DNA of 64,000 nucleotides from Escherichia coli (GTDB lineage Bacteria; Pseudomonadota; Gammaproteobacteria; Enterobacterales; Enterobacteriaceae): NCBI RefSeq assembly GCF_003991155.1, contig NZ_CP031295.1; one strand, 5' to 3'. Shown piece by piece: positions 27,627 to 40,299 of this stretch (position 1 is its first letter; each line of letters starts with the position of its first letter). The notes under the pieces were generated by a model. It saw only the letters and a program-made list of their open reading frames with translations, ran no database searches and was not told where the DNA came from. The position numbers and the translations under genes were made by a program.

Positions 27627-27886
27627 CATTTATGAATGTTCCTGTTATGGCTTATGTTCAAGAAAGCATTGCCCCTGAAATGATGGGCAAGGTGTTTTCC
27701 CTTTTGATGACCGCCATGACTCTTTCTATGCCGATAGGCTTACTTGTTGCAGGTCCGGTTGTTGAGGTTATAGGTGTTAATACATGGTTTTTCTGGTCTG
27801 GTGTTGCGTTGATAGTAAACGCTGTTCTCTGCCGCATTCTGACACGACGCTATGACAAAGTAACAATGAAACCGCAAGTGGACTGA
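27627..27886 (+). pseudogene. 3' remnant (260 bp) of an MFS efflux gene, possibly mef(B)-like
   Basis: Hydrophobic C-terminal ~85 aa beginning at the IS26 boundary; sul3 linkage. Confidence 0.45.
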
Positions 27887-28031
27887 AAAAAGGACCGGGT
27901 TGATGATAATTTGTAGTGGTGAGCTTCTGGGAGTACAAAACAAAGTGCTCAAAATTGTCGGGCTCATGGCGTTTAACGGTATTAATTTCGCTTATAATAA
28001 TCTTTCTATAATAGCCTAAAGGAGAATATCT

Positions 28032-28895
28032 ATGATACCTAATAGCGAAAATAAAAGAGTATGGTTTATTACCGGAGCAAGCAAGGGGCTTGGCTATGCT
28101 TTTACATGCGCCGCCTTGAAAGCCGGGGATAAAGTTGTTGCAGTTGCAAGGACTATCGATAATTTGGCGAAGCTAGAAGAAACATATCAAGAGAGCTTAC
28201 TGCCATTAAACCTCGATGTTACAGATAGGGAGGCTGTTTTTTCTACGGTTGAAACAGCAGTTAAACATTTCGGTAGGCTTGATATTGTTGTTAATAATGC
28301 GGGTATCATGACTATGGGTATGATTGAAGAACTAAACGAATCCGATGCTCGGAAACTAATGGACACAAACTTTTTTGGAGCTCTTTGGGTTTGTCAGGCA
28401 GTGATGCCCTATTTGAGGTCGCAGCGTTCTGGACATATCATACAGATTACAAGCATTGGCGCTATTATCTCGGGTCCGATGTCTGGTATTTACAGTGCAA
28501 GTAAATTTGCGCTGGAAGGAATGAGTGAAGCCTTAGCAAAAGAAGCGGAACATTTCGGAGTGAAACTCACTATGGTGGAACCAGGAGGATATTGGACAGA
28601 TTTATACACTTCGATGAGTTACAGCAATCCATTAGATTCATACGGTACACTGCGCGATGAGCTGGCGAAACAGTATTCCGAAGATTCGGTCGATAGTGAT
28701 CCTTCCTTGGCAGCGGAAGCCCTTATGAAATTAGTAGCCAGCAATAATCCGCCTTTGAGGCTTATCCTTGGCAGCATGGTATACGATTTGGCGATGGATA
28801 CCTTAAAAGCACGGATGGCTACCTGGGAAGAATGGGAAGCTGTTAGCCGTGCATCAGAAAAGGCTATTCCTGCACCGGAGAGATATGGAGTATAA
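28032..28895 (+). CDS. Short-chain dehydrogenase/reductase (SDR)
   Basis: TGASKGLG nucleotide-binding motif and YSASK catalytic motif. Confidence 0.8.
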   Translation: MIPNSENKRVWFITGASKGLGYAFTCAALKAGDKVVAVARTIDNLAKLEETYQESLLPLNLDVTDREAVFSTVETAVKHFGRLDIVVNNAGIMTMGMIEELNESDARKLMDTNFFGALWVCQAVMPYLRSQRSGHIIQITSIGAIISGPMSGIYSASKFALEGMSEALAKEAEHFGVKLTMVEPGGYWTDLYTSMSYSNPLDSYGTLRDELAKQYSEDSVDSDPSLAAEALMKLVASNNPPLRLILGSMVYDLAMDTLKARMATWEEWEAVSRASEKAIPAPERYGV

Positions 28896-28932
28896 TACCA
28901 AACATGGTTTTTGAGGCAAGGACGAAACTATC

Positions 28933-29178
28933 ATGAAAATTGAAATTATGGAATATAACCCGGATTGGACAAAGAATTTTGAAGAAGAGAAAATAAAATT
29001 GCTCCATTTTTTCGGTTCTCATGCCGTAGCCATTGAACATATCGGAAGCACGGCGATACCCAATCAACGGGCGAAACCGGTTATAGATATATTTATTGGC
29101 GTTTCGCCTTTTGCTGAACTACCTTTTATCAGCGCATTTTTAATGCAAAGGAGTATCACCACACTCCGACAGATATGA
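28933..29178 (+). pseudogene. GrpB-family protein N-terminal fragment
   Basis: IEHIGSTAIP...KPVIDI motifs, then divergence. Confidence 0.4.
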
Positions 29179-29646
29179 CAGGCAGATATTTGTTTGCAAA
29201 ATATACAAATGAAGTTTGGACCCATAATCTTCTTGCTTTGGTGTAGGTATAATACCCAAAAACGAAGTTTATGCGGAACAGGATAACACCTCGAAATCGG
29301 AGTTTATATGGCTTCGTGGGGGAGTTATGTGTTTGAGCTTTGTCGCATTAACGCGAATCAGGGGTTGACGGCAGAAATAGACTGGAATTACACTTCTTGG
29401 AGTCGGCGTTGCCGGAAAATTCTGATTGGATTAGTTGTTCGGGGTGCGAAAACAGTCGTAGTTCGGGGAAAAAACCGAATTTTGACCCAAAACCGCGAAA
29501 AACTCGAAATGACAGTTCCTATCAGTTTTCATAATGAATTAAAACAAAAAAATTAGGCTGCAAAGATAGGGAAAATGTGTCAATTTGCGTAAGTGATAAT
29601 TAGTCAATTAAGATAAATGCTACTTTTGTAATCAAAGCAAAATGAT

Positions 29647-30438
29647 ATGAGCAAGATTTTTGGAATCGTAAATATAACCACCGATAGTTTTTCCGATGGA
29701 GGACTTTATTTAGATACAGATAAGGCAATTGAGCATGCTCTGCATTTGGTTGAAGATGGAGCAGATGTGATTGATTTGGGAGCCGCTTCCAGTAATCCTG
29801 ATACAACTGAAGTGGGCGTTGTGGAAGAAATCAAAAGACTCAAACCTGTCATTAAGGCTTTAAAAGAAAAAGGCATTTCTATTTCTGTTGATACATTTAA
29901 ACCTGAGGTTCAGAGTTTTTGCATAGAACAAAAGGTTGATTTTATTAATGATATTCAAGGTTTTCCTTATCCTGAGATTTATTCAGGCTTGGCAAAGTCA
30001 GATTGCAAACTTGTGTTGATGCACTCCGTTCAGCGAATTGGTGCAGCTACTAAAGTTGAAACGAATCCGGAAGAGGTTTTTACTTCCATGATGGAATTTT
30101 TTAAAGAAAGAATTGCTGCTTTAGTTGAGGCTGGTGTAAAGCGTGAACGAATTATTCTTGATCCGGGTATGGGCTTCTTTTTAGGCTCTAATCCAGAAAC
30201 ATCTATTCTTGTTTTGAAGCGTTTCCCTGAAATTCAAGAAGCTTTTAATTTGCAAGTAATGATTGCAGTGTCACGGAAATCATTCTTAGGTAAAATAACT
30301 GGAACCGATGTGAAATCTCGTTTAGCACCAACTCTTGCAGCAGAAATGTATGCATACAAAAAAGGTGCAGATTATCTCCGCACCCATGATGTTAAGTCTT
30401 TATCAGATGCCTTGAAAATATCCAAAGCCCTAGGTTAG
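29647..30438 (+). CDS. sul3: Dihydropteroate synthase Sul3 (sulfonamide resistance)
   Basis: 263 aa matching Sul3 from recall; low-GC gene. Confidence 0.93.
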   Translation: MSKIFGIVNITTDSFSDGGLYLDTDKAIEHALHLVEDGADVIDLGAASSNPDTTEVGVVEEIKRLKPVIKALKEKGISISVDTFKPEVQSFCIEQKVDFINDIQGFPYPEIYSGLAKSDCKLVLMHSVQRIGAATKVETNPEEVFTSMMEFFKERIAALVEAGVKRERIILDPGMGFFLGSNPETSILVLKRFPEIQEAFNLQVMIAVSRKSFLGKITGTDVKSRLAPTLAAEMYAYKKGADYLRTHDVKSLSDALKISKALG

Positions 30439-30512
30439 TTTTATTTTTTTAGCTTTCTAAATGAATATGCTATACTTGCTCTGAAGTTGTGTTGGCGTAC
30501 TTGACTTAGGTC

Positions 30513-31555
30513 TGGATCTTTCGAACTGTTACTAAGAGGGTAATCATAGCCAAACATAAACTGGAAATGTCCTAATTCTAAACCTGTTCCAATACCTACA
30601 CTATAATCAAGAGGACTTAAACTTCCATCACTTCCAAAAGGTTTTGTGTACTTCTCTTGAGTTTTCGTAGCTAAATAGTAGTGTTTGTTGGTAAATCCAA
30701 ATAATCCAATATTCAATCTTGCGACCGGGAAAGTCCTCTTGAAAGTACCACAAGTTCGCGGGATGGAGTTTTATCCCAGCTGCATCGAGAAAGGCATGCG
30801 CAGTGAGCGTGCTCTCAAGCTCGCCATCGCCGAAATGTATGTCAAAGGAGTAAGTACCCGCAGGGTCTCGGATATCGTCGAAATTCTTTGTGGCACCGAA
30901 GTCAGCTCGTCCCAGGTCAGCAGGCTGGCAAAGGAGCTCGATGAAGAGATTACGTCTTGGAAGGCGCAGCCTGTCGGACAGATTCAATACTTGGTACTTG
31001 ATGCGACCTATGAATCGGTTCGCGTCGGTTCCCATGTGGTCAAGCAGGCGCTTCTAGTGGCTATTGGCGTTGATTACAGCGGGAATCGGCATATTCTTGA
31101 CGCCGAAGTCGCGAACAGTGAGGCAGAGGTAAACTGGCGTTCCTTTCTCGAGGGTCTCGTACGACGAGGGATGCACGGCCTGCGAATGATCACCAGTGAT
31201 GACCACTCAGGACTGCGCGCGGCAATCGATGCTGTCTTCCCTGGAATTCTGTGGCAACGCTGCCAGTTTCATCTGCAGCAGAATGCCCACTCCTACGTCA
31301 CGAAAAAAGATGAGATCCCGCTGATAGCCGCTGATATTCGGAAGGTGTTCAATCGGAATATGTCAAGATAGTTTATGCCAGATTTTTGAGAGGTTTGCAT
31401 CAAGCAGCCTTCGAAAGAGGACGGCATGACATTGAGACCGGCAAGGCGTCGTAGATACGCACTTTCCCAGTACGCCACCGTAAGGGGTTTTTCTCTTTGG
31501 CAGCAAGAATGGTTTGGTTTCTTTTTTCCTCGGCGCCGTAGGCGTCCGACTAACA
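30513..31555 (+). mobile_element. IS256-family remnant, copy A (the 'IS440' segment of sul3 contexts); 30441-30512 is contiguous but absent from copy B
   Basis: Internal 228-aa transposase fragment with MYVKGVSTRRV and DATYESVR motifs; 1043 bp identical to inverted copy at 58074-59116. Confidence 0.75.
30685..31371 (+). pseudogene. IS256-family transposase fragment
   Basis: Middle ~228 aa of a ~400-aa transposase; both ends missing. Confidence 0.75.
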
Positions 31556-31773
31556 ATTTATTGTACGGAATCTATCCGTGATTTTGGGGTGGATCGGGTC
31601 GTCATAGTCTGGTGTGAGACTATGTACCGGAAGCTTGAAAATCCCGGATAAAGCCCGCTTTGGCAATGTTTTTGTACCGCATAGATTATGCAAAAATGCG
31701 GAAAGTTTCTTCATAGTCAGCAATGGGACTTGCTCGTGTATATACTGTTTATATATACATGTGGAGGTGACTC
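31556..31773. promoter_or_regulatory. Putative attI/promoter region of the second integron integrase
   Basis: Lies upstream of the divergent intI-like gene; ends at AAATTG|TTAGTC junction. Confidence 0.35.
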
Positions 31774-32745
31774 ATGCGCAAGCCTCATTCGCCGTTTTTG
31801 GCAAGCATCTATGAGCAGATGTTGATGCTGCGTTACGCGATGGCAACCGTTGAAGCCTATCTGCACTGGATCAAGGCATTTATCCGTTTTTCCCGGATGA
31901 AGCATCCGGTCGAGCTGGGTGAGGCGGAGGTTCAGCAATTTTTGTCCTATCTGGTCACCGAGCGCCATGTGGCTGTCAAGACTCAGGCCCAGGCGTTGAA
32001 TGCGCTGGTCTTCTTGTATCGCACTGTCTTGTTACGGCCTCTGCAGCTCGAGATGAAATTTACGCGCAGCCAGCGCCCTCCCAAACTGCCAACTGTTTTG
32101 ACGCAAAGTGAAGTCCGAGCCTTGTTGCTGGCTATGCCAGTTCATCTTCGTCTCTTGGCGCAACTGATGTATGGCAGCGGACTCAGGCTGATGGAGGTGA
32201 TGCGCCTGTGCGTGCAGGATATCGACTTCAACTACCTCTGCCTGATGGTCTGGAATGGCAAAGGGGGCAAGCACAGGCGTGTGACTCTGGCCTCGGAACT
32301 CATTCCGGCCCTGCGGGAGCAAATTGCCTACGTCCAGCGCTTTTATATGACGGACTGCTTAAACGACGCGTATGCCGGGGTGGCCTTGCCGACGGCATTG
32401 GCGCGCAAGTATCCGGCTGCCAGCAAAGAGCTGGGTTGGCACTACCTGTTTCCGGCATCCCATCTGAGTCGCGATCCTGTCGATGGGGCCTTGCGTCGAC
32501 ATCATCTGGATCCAACTACCCTGCAAAAAGCGGTTCGAGCCACGGCGCGTCAGCTACAGCTGGGAAAACCGGTCACCTGTCATACCTTGCGCCATTCCTT
32601 TGCCACCCATTTGCTGGCGCGGGGGGCGGATATTCGAACCGTGCAGGAGCAACTGGGCCATTCTGATGTTCGAACCACACAAATTTATACCCATGTGCTG
32701 CAAAACGGCGCCAATGGGGTACGTAGCCCTTTGTCTGATCTGTAA
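31774..32745 (+). CDS. Integron integrase (IntI family), not IntI1/IntI2/IntI3 by recall
   Basis: 323 aa; roughly 45-50% identical to IntI1 by eye, including the integron-specific LP.AL.RKYP...RRHH insert and [10 protein letters not shown] / IYTHVL motifs. Confidence 0.7.
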   Translation: MRKPHSPFLASIYEQMLMLRYAMATVEAYLHWIKAFIRFSRMKHPVELGEAEVQQFLSYLVTERHVAVKTQAQALNALVFLYRTVLLRPLQLEMKFTRSQRPPKLPTVLTQSEVRALLLAMPVHLRLLAQLMYGSGLRLMEVMRLCVQDIDFNYLCLMVWNGKGGKHRRVTLASELIPALREQIAYVQRFYMTDCLNDAYAGVALPTALARKYPAASKELGWHYLFPASHLSRDPVDGALRRHHLDPTTLQKAVRATARQLQLGKPVTCHTLRHSFATHLLARGADIRTVQEQLGHSDVRTTQIYTHVLQNGANGVRSPLSDL

Positions 32746-32973
32746 TGGTTGGGGGGCGGGACGCTCGGTTTTTCAGAACGAGTGGCCTGACGCAGGCACG
32801 CTACCGCCCTTAGGTTACAGCTCCTAGAGGCTGACATCCGTTTCAGGTGGTGGCTTGTTACCCGGGCCATTTTCATCCTGATGGCCTGTTCTTTTCGTCA
32901 AACTATGCTACGGATTTCAGTTTCATATGGAAATAAATAATCGACGGGATTTGCAAAAATGTGCGATAGACAG

Positions 32974-34169
<1,196 letters not shown>

Positions 34170-34356
34170 CTAAATCGTCGTGCCACTTACGCCAGTCTTT
34201 ATTGAGCTTATCTTTTTTACCGCCTTCTTCGGCTTTTACAGGTGCCTGGTCGACGTTCATCACCACTTCAACGGCATCAAAGCCGAGTTTGTCACCCAAC
34301 AAGTAGTACATCTGCACGCAGGCATCGCGGTCGTACACCACTACCATGCCTTTCAT
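34170..34356 (-). pseudogene. 5' fragment of an unknown gene cut by the IS5-family element
   Basis: ORF from MKGMVVVYDRDAC... runs straight into the IS5 end. Confidence 0.35.
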
Positions 34357-35463
34357 TGTCGCCCTGGAGGTGCGAGAGCAGGCTATACAGCAGGCGATCG
34401 AGGCCGCGCTAGCGCACCAGCCAGTTGATCCCCCCCGCCCCAAGAGCTGGCGCGTGCTGCGCCCGCTCCGGCCACGCCTGAACCGCCCCGCCTTCGGCGG
34501 AGCCGTTAGGGCGCGGCACCAAATGGGCTGAAATGCGGCGTTCGGGTATCAAAACGAACGAACCAGGAGAGGCGGATTTTAGCCACTAAAATCCGCCAGA
34601 AAACGTCGCGAACTTTCAGGGCTTTTGGGGGGCATTTGGCAGGGTTTCGCATGCGAAAATCGACGTTTCGTGGTGATCTGGGGAGGAAGAGGGTTTTGCG
34701 CATGCGCAAAAGTGCCTATTTAACATATTGCCTGTATGACGCAGTAGGAATATGCAAAAAATGCATATACGAAACCGCATGAGGATTTTTATGGTGATGT
34801 TGTCTAAATTGGACGCTGATGCCGCTAGCAATATACGAGATCAGCATGACTACGAACGAGCGCTGGCGTTAATTGATGAACTGTTCGACTGGTATCGCTC
34901 GTTGGGAGGATCGTTCGCCGGAATTCGACGAATTCAACAAAATGGTGCGAAACATAGAGACCCAGGAGAAGTCACCATGAAAATTTTGGGTGGGTTCTGC
35001 ATCTAGGGTTGTAGATGGTGCCATTGTGTTGTTCCGCGAGCCCCTTGTTCCCAGAACTCAAAAAATGGGAGCGAGCGAATATCAGAGACTCGGGCGCAGC
35101 GGATGTCACCCTCTATCACAATTGGTAATCCAAAAAGTGTTTTTCCTCGCCAAACTATTCAATCCACTCCTTCGTTTCGCCCTGCTATGGCAATCCCTAT
35201 GGGTTCAAATGACGATCCCGTTCTCGATCTGTCCGACCAGGTCCTCGACCTCCGTCACCGTAACATCAGGATCTGCCGGTCGTCTATTGCCCAACGAGCG
35301 CGCGGGTAGATCTAGCCAGAGCCTCGCTTTTTGGGCATTCCCATCAAACAGCCGTGTCGCAAAAAATAGTTTTTGAAAATAGGTTTTTGAGTTTCCCACC
35401 ATCAACTCCTGTAAAATGACGTGATACTGGGTCGTAAATGATGATAGCTCTAACGGAGGTCGT

Positions 35464-35871
35464 ATGTCCCAGCTCAAGGACCGTCGCACCTCGATGCGGG
35501 TAACAGCCGAAAACATTGTTCTGAACAGTGGTGAATGGTTCACGCAGAATGAACTGAACAGCATCGCCACCTGTCAGCAATTCGAACTCGATGAGTGGGA
35601 GCTGTCAGGGAAAATATTTTCCATCCATCATGACGGCACAGATTACTATCCGACATATGCGCTGGATTCGAAAGATTATCGACCGCTAGATGCAATGGCC
35701 AAAGTTATTTCCATTTTTTCTGGACACAAAAACGGTTGGGGGATGGCATTTTGGTTCATGTCGGCTAATGGTTGTCTGGGTGCCGTAACACCGAAATCTA
35801 TTATTGCTACTGAACCAGAACGAGTGTTGGCCGCAGCCCGAGATGAAATTGAAGGCGTGGCCCATGGCTAA
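35464..35871 (+). CDS. DUF2384-like (Xre/MbcA/ParS-type antitoxin C-terminal domain) protein
   Basis: GGAGG RBS; C-terminal W..N..LG..TP...IA......RV........GV..G pattern. Confidence 0.45.
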   Translation: MSQLKDRRTSMRVTAENIVLNSGEWFTQNELNSIATCQQFELDEWELSGKIFSIHHDGTDYYPTYALDSKDYRPLDAMAKVISIFSGHKNGWGMAFWFMSANGCLGAVTPKSIIATEPERVLAAARDEIEGVAHG

Positions 35872-36070
35872 CTGTGGCTGTAGGCTTTCGCATAACCAAC
35901 AGTTGTTGGCACCAGTGTTCACTGCAAACATTCGCTCGGTCCGCCCAGGTCTTCTGGTGGACAGCTCTATTTGGTAACAGGCTTTTGACCCAACAGTCCG
36001 GACACGTTTTCCAAACTCATCATCCAGTCGGCAATATCTAGACTCCTCAATTGCAGGATGTTTTCAATTT

Positions 36071-36108
36071 GGGGAGCCCGCAGAATTCGGAAAAAATCGT
36101 ACGCTAAG
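36071..36108. repeat. 38-bp terminal IR of a Tn501/Tn1721-like Tn3-family transposon
   Basis: GGGGAGCCCGCAGAATTCGGAAAAAATCGTACGCTAAG; tnpA stop lies inside. Confidence 0.8.
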
Positions 36109-37620
36109 GTTTTCCGGGCATCCGTAAGGGCCGAAACTTCCCGTCTTCCAGTCTGCGGCTCTGCCGCCAGACGTAATCGCCGGTTAGGTTGATGTGCTCC
36201 CAGCCCAGCGGCGACAGGAATTGCAGCAGCTCGCCGTCCACCGGCTTGCCGGCCTCGACCAACCCCTGGGTGGCGCGTTCCAGGTACACCGTGTTCCACA
36301 GCACGATAGCCGCCGTCACCAGGTTGAGGCCGCTGGCCCGGTAGCGCTGCTGCTCGAAGCTCCGATCCCTGATTTCCCCAAGGCGGTTGAAGAACACCGC
36401 CCTGGCCAGCGAGTTGCGCGCCTCACCTTTGTTCAGGCCGGCATGCACGCGGCGGCGCAGTTCAACACTTTGCAGCCAGTCCAGGATGAACAGCGTGCGC
36501 TCGATCCGGCCCAGCTCGCGCAGGGCCACGGCCAGTCCGTTCTGGCGCGGGTAGCTGCCGAGCTTGCGCAGCATCAGCGAGGCGGTGACGGTGCCCTGCT
36601 TGATCGAGCTGGCCAGGCGCAGGATGTCGTCCCAGTGGGCACGCACGTGCTTGATGTTCAGGGTGCCGCCGATCAGCGGGCGCAACGTCGGGTAGGCTTG
36701 CACGCCCTGCGGCACGTACAGCTTGGTTTCGCCGAGGTCGCGGATGCGCGGCGCGAAGCGGAAGCCTAGCAGGTGCATCAGGGCAAAGACGTGATCGGTG
36801 AAGCCGGCCGTGTCGGTGTAGTGCTCCTCGATCCGCAGGTCGGACTCGTGGTACAGCAGGCCGTCGAGCACATAGGTGGAATCGCGGACGCCGACATTCA
36901 CCACGCGGGTGCTGAACGGCGCGTACTGGTCGGAGATATGGGTATAGAACAGCCGTCCCGGCTCGCTACCGTACTTCGGGTTGACGTGCCCGGTGCTCTC
37001 GCCCCGGCCACCCGCGCGGAAGCGCTGGCCATCGGAGGATGAGGTCGTGCCGTCGCCCCAGTGGGCGGCAAAGGCGTGGCGATACTGGTGGTTGACCAGC
37101 TCGGCCAAGGCCGCCGAATAGGTTTCGTCGCGGATGTGCCAGGCTTGCAGCCAGGACAGCTTGGCGTAGGTCAGGCCGGGGCTCGACTCGGCCATCTTGG
37201 TCAGCCCGAGGTTGATCGCATCACCGAGGATTGCGGACAGCAGCAACGTCCTGTCTTTGGCCTCGGCCCCGTCCTTCAAGTGGGTGAAGTGGCGGCTGAA
37301 GCCCGTCCAGTCGTCCACGTCCATCAGCAGTTCGGTGATCTTGATGCGCGGCAGTAACTGGCTGGTTTGGTCGATCAGCGCCTGCGCCCGATCCGGCACC
37401 GCCGCATCCAGCGGGGTGATTTTCAGCCCTGACTCGGTGAGGATGGCATCGGGCAGCTCGTTGTCCTTGGCCAGGCGGGTGACGGTGGCCAACTGCTCGT
37501 CCAGCAGCTGCAAACGCTCTTCCAGGTACTGGTCGCTGTTCGGGTTGATCGCCAGGGGCAGGGCCTGCTCGCGCTTGAGTGCGGCGAACTTCTCGGCCGG
37601 CAGCAGGTAGTCGTCGAAGT
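36104..37620 (-). pseudogene. tnpA: Tn3-family tnpA, 3' ~505 codons only, truncated by IS26
   Basis: About 80% identical to Tn21 TnpA C-terminus; N-terminus replaced by IS26 end. Confidence 0.85.
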
Positions 37621-38440
37621 GGCACTGTTGCAAATAGTCGGTGGTGATAAACTTATCATCCCCTTTTGCTGATGGAGCTGCACATGAACCCATTCAAAGG
37701 CCGGCATTTTCAGCGTGACATCATTCTGTGGGCCGTACGCTGGTACTGCAAATACGGCATCAGTTACCGTGAGCTGCAGGAGATGCTGGCTGAACGCGGA
37801 GTGAATGTCGATCACTCCACGATTTACCGCTGGGTTCAGCGTTATGCGCCTGAAATGGAAAAACGGCTGCGCTGGTACTGGCGTAACCCTTCCGATCTTT
37901 GCCCGTGGCACATGGATGAAACCTACGTGAAGGTCAATGGCCGCTGGGCGTATCTGTACCGGGCCGTCGACAGCCGGGGCCGCACTGTCGATTTTTATCT
38001 CTCCTCCCGTCGTAACAGCAAAGCTGCATACCGGTTTCTGGGTAAAATCCTCAACAACGTGAAGAAGTGGCAGATCCCGCGATTCATCAACACGGATAAA
38101 GCGCCCGCCTATGGTCGCGCGCTTGCTCTGCTCAAACGCGAAGGCCGGTGCCCGTCTGACGTTGAACACCGACAGATTAAGTACCGGAACAACGTGATTG
38201 AATGCGATCATGGCAAACTGAAACGGATAATCGGCGCCACGCTGGGATTTAAATCCATGAAGACGGCTTACGCCACCATCAAAGGTATTGAGGTGATGCG
38301 TGCACTACGCAAAGGCCAGGCCTCAGCATTTTATTATGGTGATCCCCTGGGCGAAATGCGCCTGGTAAGCAGAGTTTTTGAAATGTAAGGCCTTTGAATA
38401 AGACAAAAGGCTGCCTCATCGCTAACTTTGCAACAGTGCC
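37621..38440 (+). mobile_element. IS26 copy 2 (820 bp)
   Basis: 14-bp IRs; same orientation as copy 1. Confidence 0.95.
37684..38388 (+). CDS. tnp26: IS26 transposase
   Basis: Identical 234-aa protein. Confidence 0.95.
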   Translation: MNPFKGRHFQRDIILWAVRWYCKYGISYRELQEMLAERGVNVDHSTIYRWVQRYAPEMEKRLRWYWRNPSDLCPWHMDETYVKVNGRWAYLYRAVDSRGRTVDFYLSSRRNSKAAYRFLGKILNNVKKWQIPRFINTDKAPAYGRALALLKREGRCPSDVEHRQIKYRNNVIECDHGKLKRIIGATLGFKSMKTAYATIKGIEVMRALRKGQASAFYYGDPLGEMRLVSRVFEM

Positions 38441-39119
38441 CAAATTGATATTAAAACATCTTCAGTTAAGCCTTTAAGAAATACTTATGCTTATATTGAA
38501 AAAAGATTTGGTGATAAACCAGCTTCACGTTATCAAGAAGCGACCTACGATATTCAGGAAGAAATTAATTTTCATTACAAACCTTTATGGCAGCCTGAAT
38601 TTGATCTTTACGATAAGGGCCGTACTGTAATCCAAATGAAAGATTGGTACGTGCTTAAAGATCCTCGTCAATTTTATTATGGGGCTTATACCCAAACTCG
38701 AGCTAAACAACAAGAGATTTTAGAAAGTAATTTTACGCTTGTTGAAAAACACGATTTATTAAGAAATATTTCTGAAGAAATTCTAAACAAAGTAACGAAA
38801 TTACTACTCCCACTTTATTGTAAACAAGACATTTTTATCTTTTATATTCAATGGCTTATTTTCCTGCTAATTGGTAATACCATGAAAAATACCATGCTCA
38901 GAAAAGGCTTAACAATATTTTGAAAAATTGCCTACTGAGCGCTGCCGCACAGCTCCATAGGCCGCTTTCCTGGCTTTGCTTCCAGATGTATGCTCTTCTG
39001 CTCCTGCAGCTAATGGATCACCGCAAACAGGTTACTCGCCTGGGGATTCCCTTTCGACCCGAGCATCCGTATGAGACTCATGCTCGATTATTATTATTAT
39101 ACTCTGTACACGACAAATT

Positions 39120-39566
39120 TCACAGAACCCTTATCCTATCAGGATTCTGCTTTCTTAAAATTGCCAAAATTTCCTTAAACTCTTCTTTTTTCCCAAAACC
39201 AATTAAACGCTGAATCGCCATTTGAACATAGTCTAAACCATAGCGAAATAAACTCATTGAGAGTCGTCCATGCTTCTTTATTTTTATCGCTTTTTTTTGA
39301 TTATGTTGCCATTCACCCGTTAAGTAACACCAACAGAAGCTTATAGCTAACACCGCAATCAATTTTTTCACTCGTCTAGGGTCTGTCAAGCGCGTATTTT
39401 CAAGATTAAACCCGCGTCCTTTGAGACAACTGAATAAGGTTTCAATTTCCCAGCGTAATGCATAATCCTGAATAGCATTGGCATTAAACTGAGGAGAAAC
39501 GACGAGTAAAAGCTCTCCATTTTCTAACTGTAGTGCACTTATATATAGTTTCACCCGACCAACCAA
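39120..39566 (-). CDS. ISAba1 transposase orfB
   Basis: 148-aa ORF downstream of orfA. Confidence 0.75.
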   Translation of the reverse strand: MVGRVKLYISALQLENGELLLVVSPQFNANAIQDYALRWEIETLFSCLKGRGFNLENTRLTDPRRVKKLIAVLAISFCWCYLTGEWQHNQKKAIKIKKHGRLSMSLFRYGLDYVQMAIQRLIGFGKKEEFKEILAILRKQNPDRIRVL

Positions 39567-39640
39567 AATCCGTCGTTTACGACATTCAATTTGACCAACT
39601 TTAAGATGGCGAAATAAATCACTAATTTTATGATTCTTTC

Positions 39641-40210
39641 CTAAATGATTGGTGACAATGAAGTTTTTTTAACACGAATGCAGAAGTTGATGTCTTGTTC
39701 AATTAACCATGTAAACCACTGCTCACCGATAAACTCTCTGTCTGCGAACACATTCACAATACGGTCTTTACCAAAAATGGCTATAAAGCGTTGAATCAAA
39801 GCAATACGCTCTTTCGTATCTGAATTTCCACGTTTATTAAGCAATGTCCAAAGGATAGGTATCGCTATTCCACGATAAACGATTGCGAGCATCAGGATAT
39901 TAATATTTCGTTTTCCCCATTTCCAATTGGTTCTATCTAAAGTCAGTTGCACTTGGTCGAATGAAAACATATTGAAAATCAACTGAGAAATTTGACGATA
40001 ATCAAAATACTGACCTGCAAAGAAGCGCTGCATACGTCGATAAAATGATTGTGGTAAACACTTGATGGGCAAGGCTTTAGATGCAGAAGAAAGATTACAT
40101 GTTTGCTTTAAAATAATCACAAGCATGATGAGCGCAAAGCACTTTAAATGTGACTTGTTCCATTTTAGAGATTTGTTTAAGATAAGATATAACTCATTGA
40201 GATGTGTCAT
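39641..40210 (-). CDS. ISAba1 transposase orfA
   Basis: 189-aa ORF. Confidence 0.8.
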   Translation of the reverse strand: MTHLNELYLILNKSLKWNKSHLKCFALIMLVIILKQTCNLSSASKALPIKCLPQSFYRRMQRFFAGQYFDYRQISQLIFNMFSFDQVQLTLDRTNWKWGKRNINILMLAIVYRGIAIPILWTLLNKRGNSDTKERIALIQRFIAIFGKDRIVNVFADREFIGEQWFTWLIEQDINFCIRVKKTSLSPII

Positions 40211-40299
40211 AGTATTCGTCGTTAGAAAACAATTATTGTGACATTATTTCAATGAGTTATCTATTTTTGTCGTGTACAGAGATTATTATAGAAGCCCCC

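Larger units (their letters stand above)
39102..40281 (-). mobile_element. ISAba1 (IS4 family, 1180 bp) with 9-bp target-site duplication
   Basis: IRs CTCTGTACACGACAAATTTCAC; ATTATTATA at 39093-39101 and 40282-40290. Confidence 0.9.

Noticed and set aside
27614..27886. 90-aa ORF starting MQQCP as an intact small gene
   Set aside because: Its first codons are the IS26 inverted repeat; the remainder is the 3' end of a truncated MFS gene.
29308..29556. 82-aa ORF upstream of sul3
   Set aside because: No RBS or domain; more likely sul3 promoter/leader DNA.
36194..37610. Several GC-rich ORFs overlapping the Tn3-family tnpA fragment
   Set aside because: Alternative-frame and antisense ORFs typical of high-GC coding DNA.
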